From Anthoceros angustus (lineage: Eukaryota; Plantae; Anthocerotophyta), in NCBI GenBank assembly GCA_010909165.1, contig MU008171.1, positions 434,001 through 498,000 on the forward strand: a stretch of DNA of 64,000 nucleotides, in the 5' to 3' direction. The translations under genes were made by a program, and so were the position numbers. The notes below the pieces were generated by a model. It saw nothing but the letters and a program-made list of their open reading frames with translations. It had not been told where the DNA came from and did not search any database. Positions 62,644 through 64,000 of the stretch are shown here, piece by piece; position 1 is the first letter of the stretch; every line of letters starts with the position of its first letter.

Positions 62644-64000
62644 TGGTGGGACAACAGACGAGATAAGAAGAGCTCCCGTTCGCCTGACTTCCGGCGTAAG
62701 GGGTCCGGCGAGGTCCTGTGGTTGAACAGCATGTTTAAGCCAGCTTGGGTTGATGAACAGCTCGTGTCCTGGGATATGCAGATGGGTCATGGTGCTTCTC
62801 CTTCTGAGTCCAGCTTTCCGGATAAGCCTGAACCTGGCAGGTGTGCAGGAGCGGAAACGGGCGTCGTTACGGCTGTAACCGTGAGCACGTTATGTCAGCA
62901 GGGGAAGCTATGTGAGGCCGTTGGAGCCCTGGAATCTCTGGCACAGACAGACTCGGCTATTTCTCCTTCTCTGTTTTGCACTGTGCTGAAGCTGTGTACG
63001 GCTACGAAGGACTTGGTGGTGGGGCGACGAGTTCATGATCGCATTGTCAAACTTGGGTACGCGTCGGATGCTTACCTGGGGAACCATATCTTGCGCATGT
63101 ATGCATGTGGGGGTAGGCTAGAGGAGGCAATGGATGTGTTCACCAGGATAGGCAAACCAGATGTTATCACGTGGGGTTCCATCATCTCCGCGCATGCTAA
63201 ACATGGGAAACCCAAGGAGGCAATAAAATTGTACCATGAGATGCGTAGTTCAGGAGTGAAGGCGAATGGCCATGTCTTTGTAGCTGCCCTTCAAGCTTGT
63301 GCCTCGGCCGCCGACTTGGAATCTGGCAAAAAAGTGCACTGTGATGTGTTGCACAGTGACATTCCCACTAACCTGTTTGTTGGCAACTGCTTGGTGGACA
63401 TGTATGCAAAATGTGGCGAAATGAAGAATGCACGCCAGGTTTTTGACACCATGGCCACAAAGGATGTGGTGACATGGAATGCCCTGATATCTGGGTATGC
63501 AAAATGCGGTGAACTGAAAGATGCACAGCAGGTTTTCGACGACATGAACACAAAGAATGTGGTGTCATGGAATGCCCTGATAGCTGGGTATGCCGAGCAA
63601 GGTCTCGGACATGAGGCACTCGTTCTGTATGGACAAATGGAGCAGGATGGCCTCATTTTGGCTGACCATGTGACTTTTGCTTGCCTTCTAAAGGCCTGTG
63701 CAAGCACTGTTGCCTTACAGAAGGGCAGGCAGCTACACTCACTGATTGTCGAAAGAGGACTGCTGGATAATGTAGTGTTGGGCAACTGCCTGGTGGACAT
63801 GTATGCAAAATGTGGTGAACTGGAAGATGCACGCCAGGTTTTTGACAGCATGAACTCAAAGAATGTGGTGACGTGGAATGCCCTGATATCTGGGTATGCC
63901 AAATCTGGTGAACTGGAAGATGCACGCCAGGTTTTTGACAGCATGGCCACAAAGGATGTGGTAACATGGACGTCGCTGATTGCTGGGTATGCACAGCAAG
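62032..64000 (+). CDS. PLS-class pentatricopeptide repeat protein with two N-terminal OSB-type PDF motifs (3'-partial)
   Basis: Frame +1 is open from ATG 62032 to the window end; it is missing from the ORF track because there is no stop. Two 120-aa repeats contain LWQQ.FL.PTMWWDNRRDKKSSRSPDFRRKGSGEVLWLN...PAWVDEQL, followed by P/L/S/SS motifs (e.g. VGNCLVDMYAKCGE...ARQVFD.M..KDVVTWNALISGY). The start codon is uncertain. Confidence 0.9.
   Translation, partial: MATVGQPDPLWSTQIGLHTGIVRGAPGHLISGSEPLANKASRCSSVRSAALQLPRKCVVGDGFSSHGRYQEQEHLWQQLFLDPTMWWDNRRDKKSSRSPDFRRKGSGEVLWLNNMFKPAWVDEQLVSLDMQMGHGASPSKSSSPDNPEPGRRAESEMGMGFRCSSVRSPLPLPRNCVGGDGFSNDGRRQEQEHLWQQFFLEPTMWWDNRRDKKSSRSPDFRRKGSGEVLWLNSMFKPAWVDEQLVSWDMQMGHGASPSESSFPDKPEPGRCAGAETGVVTAVTVSTLCQQGKLCEAVGALESLAQTDSAISPSLFCTVLKLCTATKDLVVGRRVHDRIVKLGYASDAYLGNHILRMYACGGRLEEAMDVFTRIGKPDVITWGSIISAHAKHGKPKEAIKLYHEMRSSGVKANGHVFVAALQACASAADLESGKKVHCDVLHSDIPTNLFVGNCLVDMYAKCGEMKNARQVFDTMATKDVVTWNALISGYAKCGELKDAQQVFDDMNTKNVVSWNALIAGYAEQGLGHEALVLYGQMEQDGLILADHVTFACLLKACASTVALQKGRQLHSLIVERGLLDNVVLGNCLVDMYAKCGELEDARQVFDSMNSKNVVTWNALISGYAKSGELEDARQVFDSMATKDVVTWTSLIAGYAQQ

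Noticed and set aside
60310-62850. PDF-motif DNA repeats, or the 35-bp repeat at 44959, as a CRISPR-like array
   Set aside because: The PDF units are long coding repeats with no unique spacers, the 35-bp repeat has only two copies, there are no cas genes, and the context is eukaryotic.
63291-63994. Minus-strand ORFs over the PPR region
   Set aside because: They are antisense shadows of the plus-strand PPR frame, which is absent from the ORF track only because it has no stop inside the window.

Overview
Intron-containing land-plant nuclear DNA. GC-rich exons, ~90-130 bp introns, high gene density and PLS-class PPRs with S/SS motifs suggest a bryophyte such as a hornwort, but that assignment is inference. 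Thirteen protein-coding genes are supported: FMO1-like, cytosolic HSP70, CHR24-like SNF2 ATPase, RETICULATA-related, LSF2, MiaB/CDK5RAP1, a SAM-domain protein, RADA, DUF1685, MnmA, a TPR-like membrane protein, an IDD zinc-finger factor and a PLS-class PPR gene running off the right edge. Two copies of a CRE-like (restriction-like endonuclease) non-LTR retrotransposon and older LINE relics fill the intergenic space. The most interesting observations are: (1) the PPR protein carries two N-terminal OSB-type PDF ssDNA-binding motifs; (2) a ~105-nt MIRNA-like foldback at 45302-45406; (3) the CRE-like elements end at a shared TTTTTAATA site, with an 11-bp TSD on the longer copy. Several 0.4-1.8 kb jump-back tandem duplications with microhomology junctions and heavy indel load may be long-read assembly artefacts. 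All exon boundaries were read by eye.
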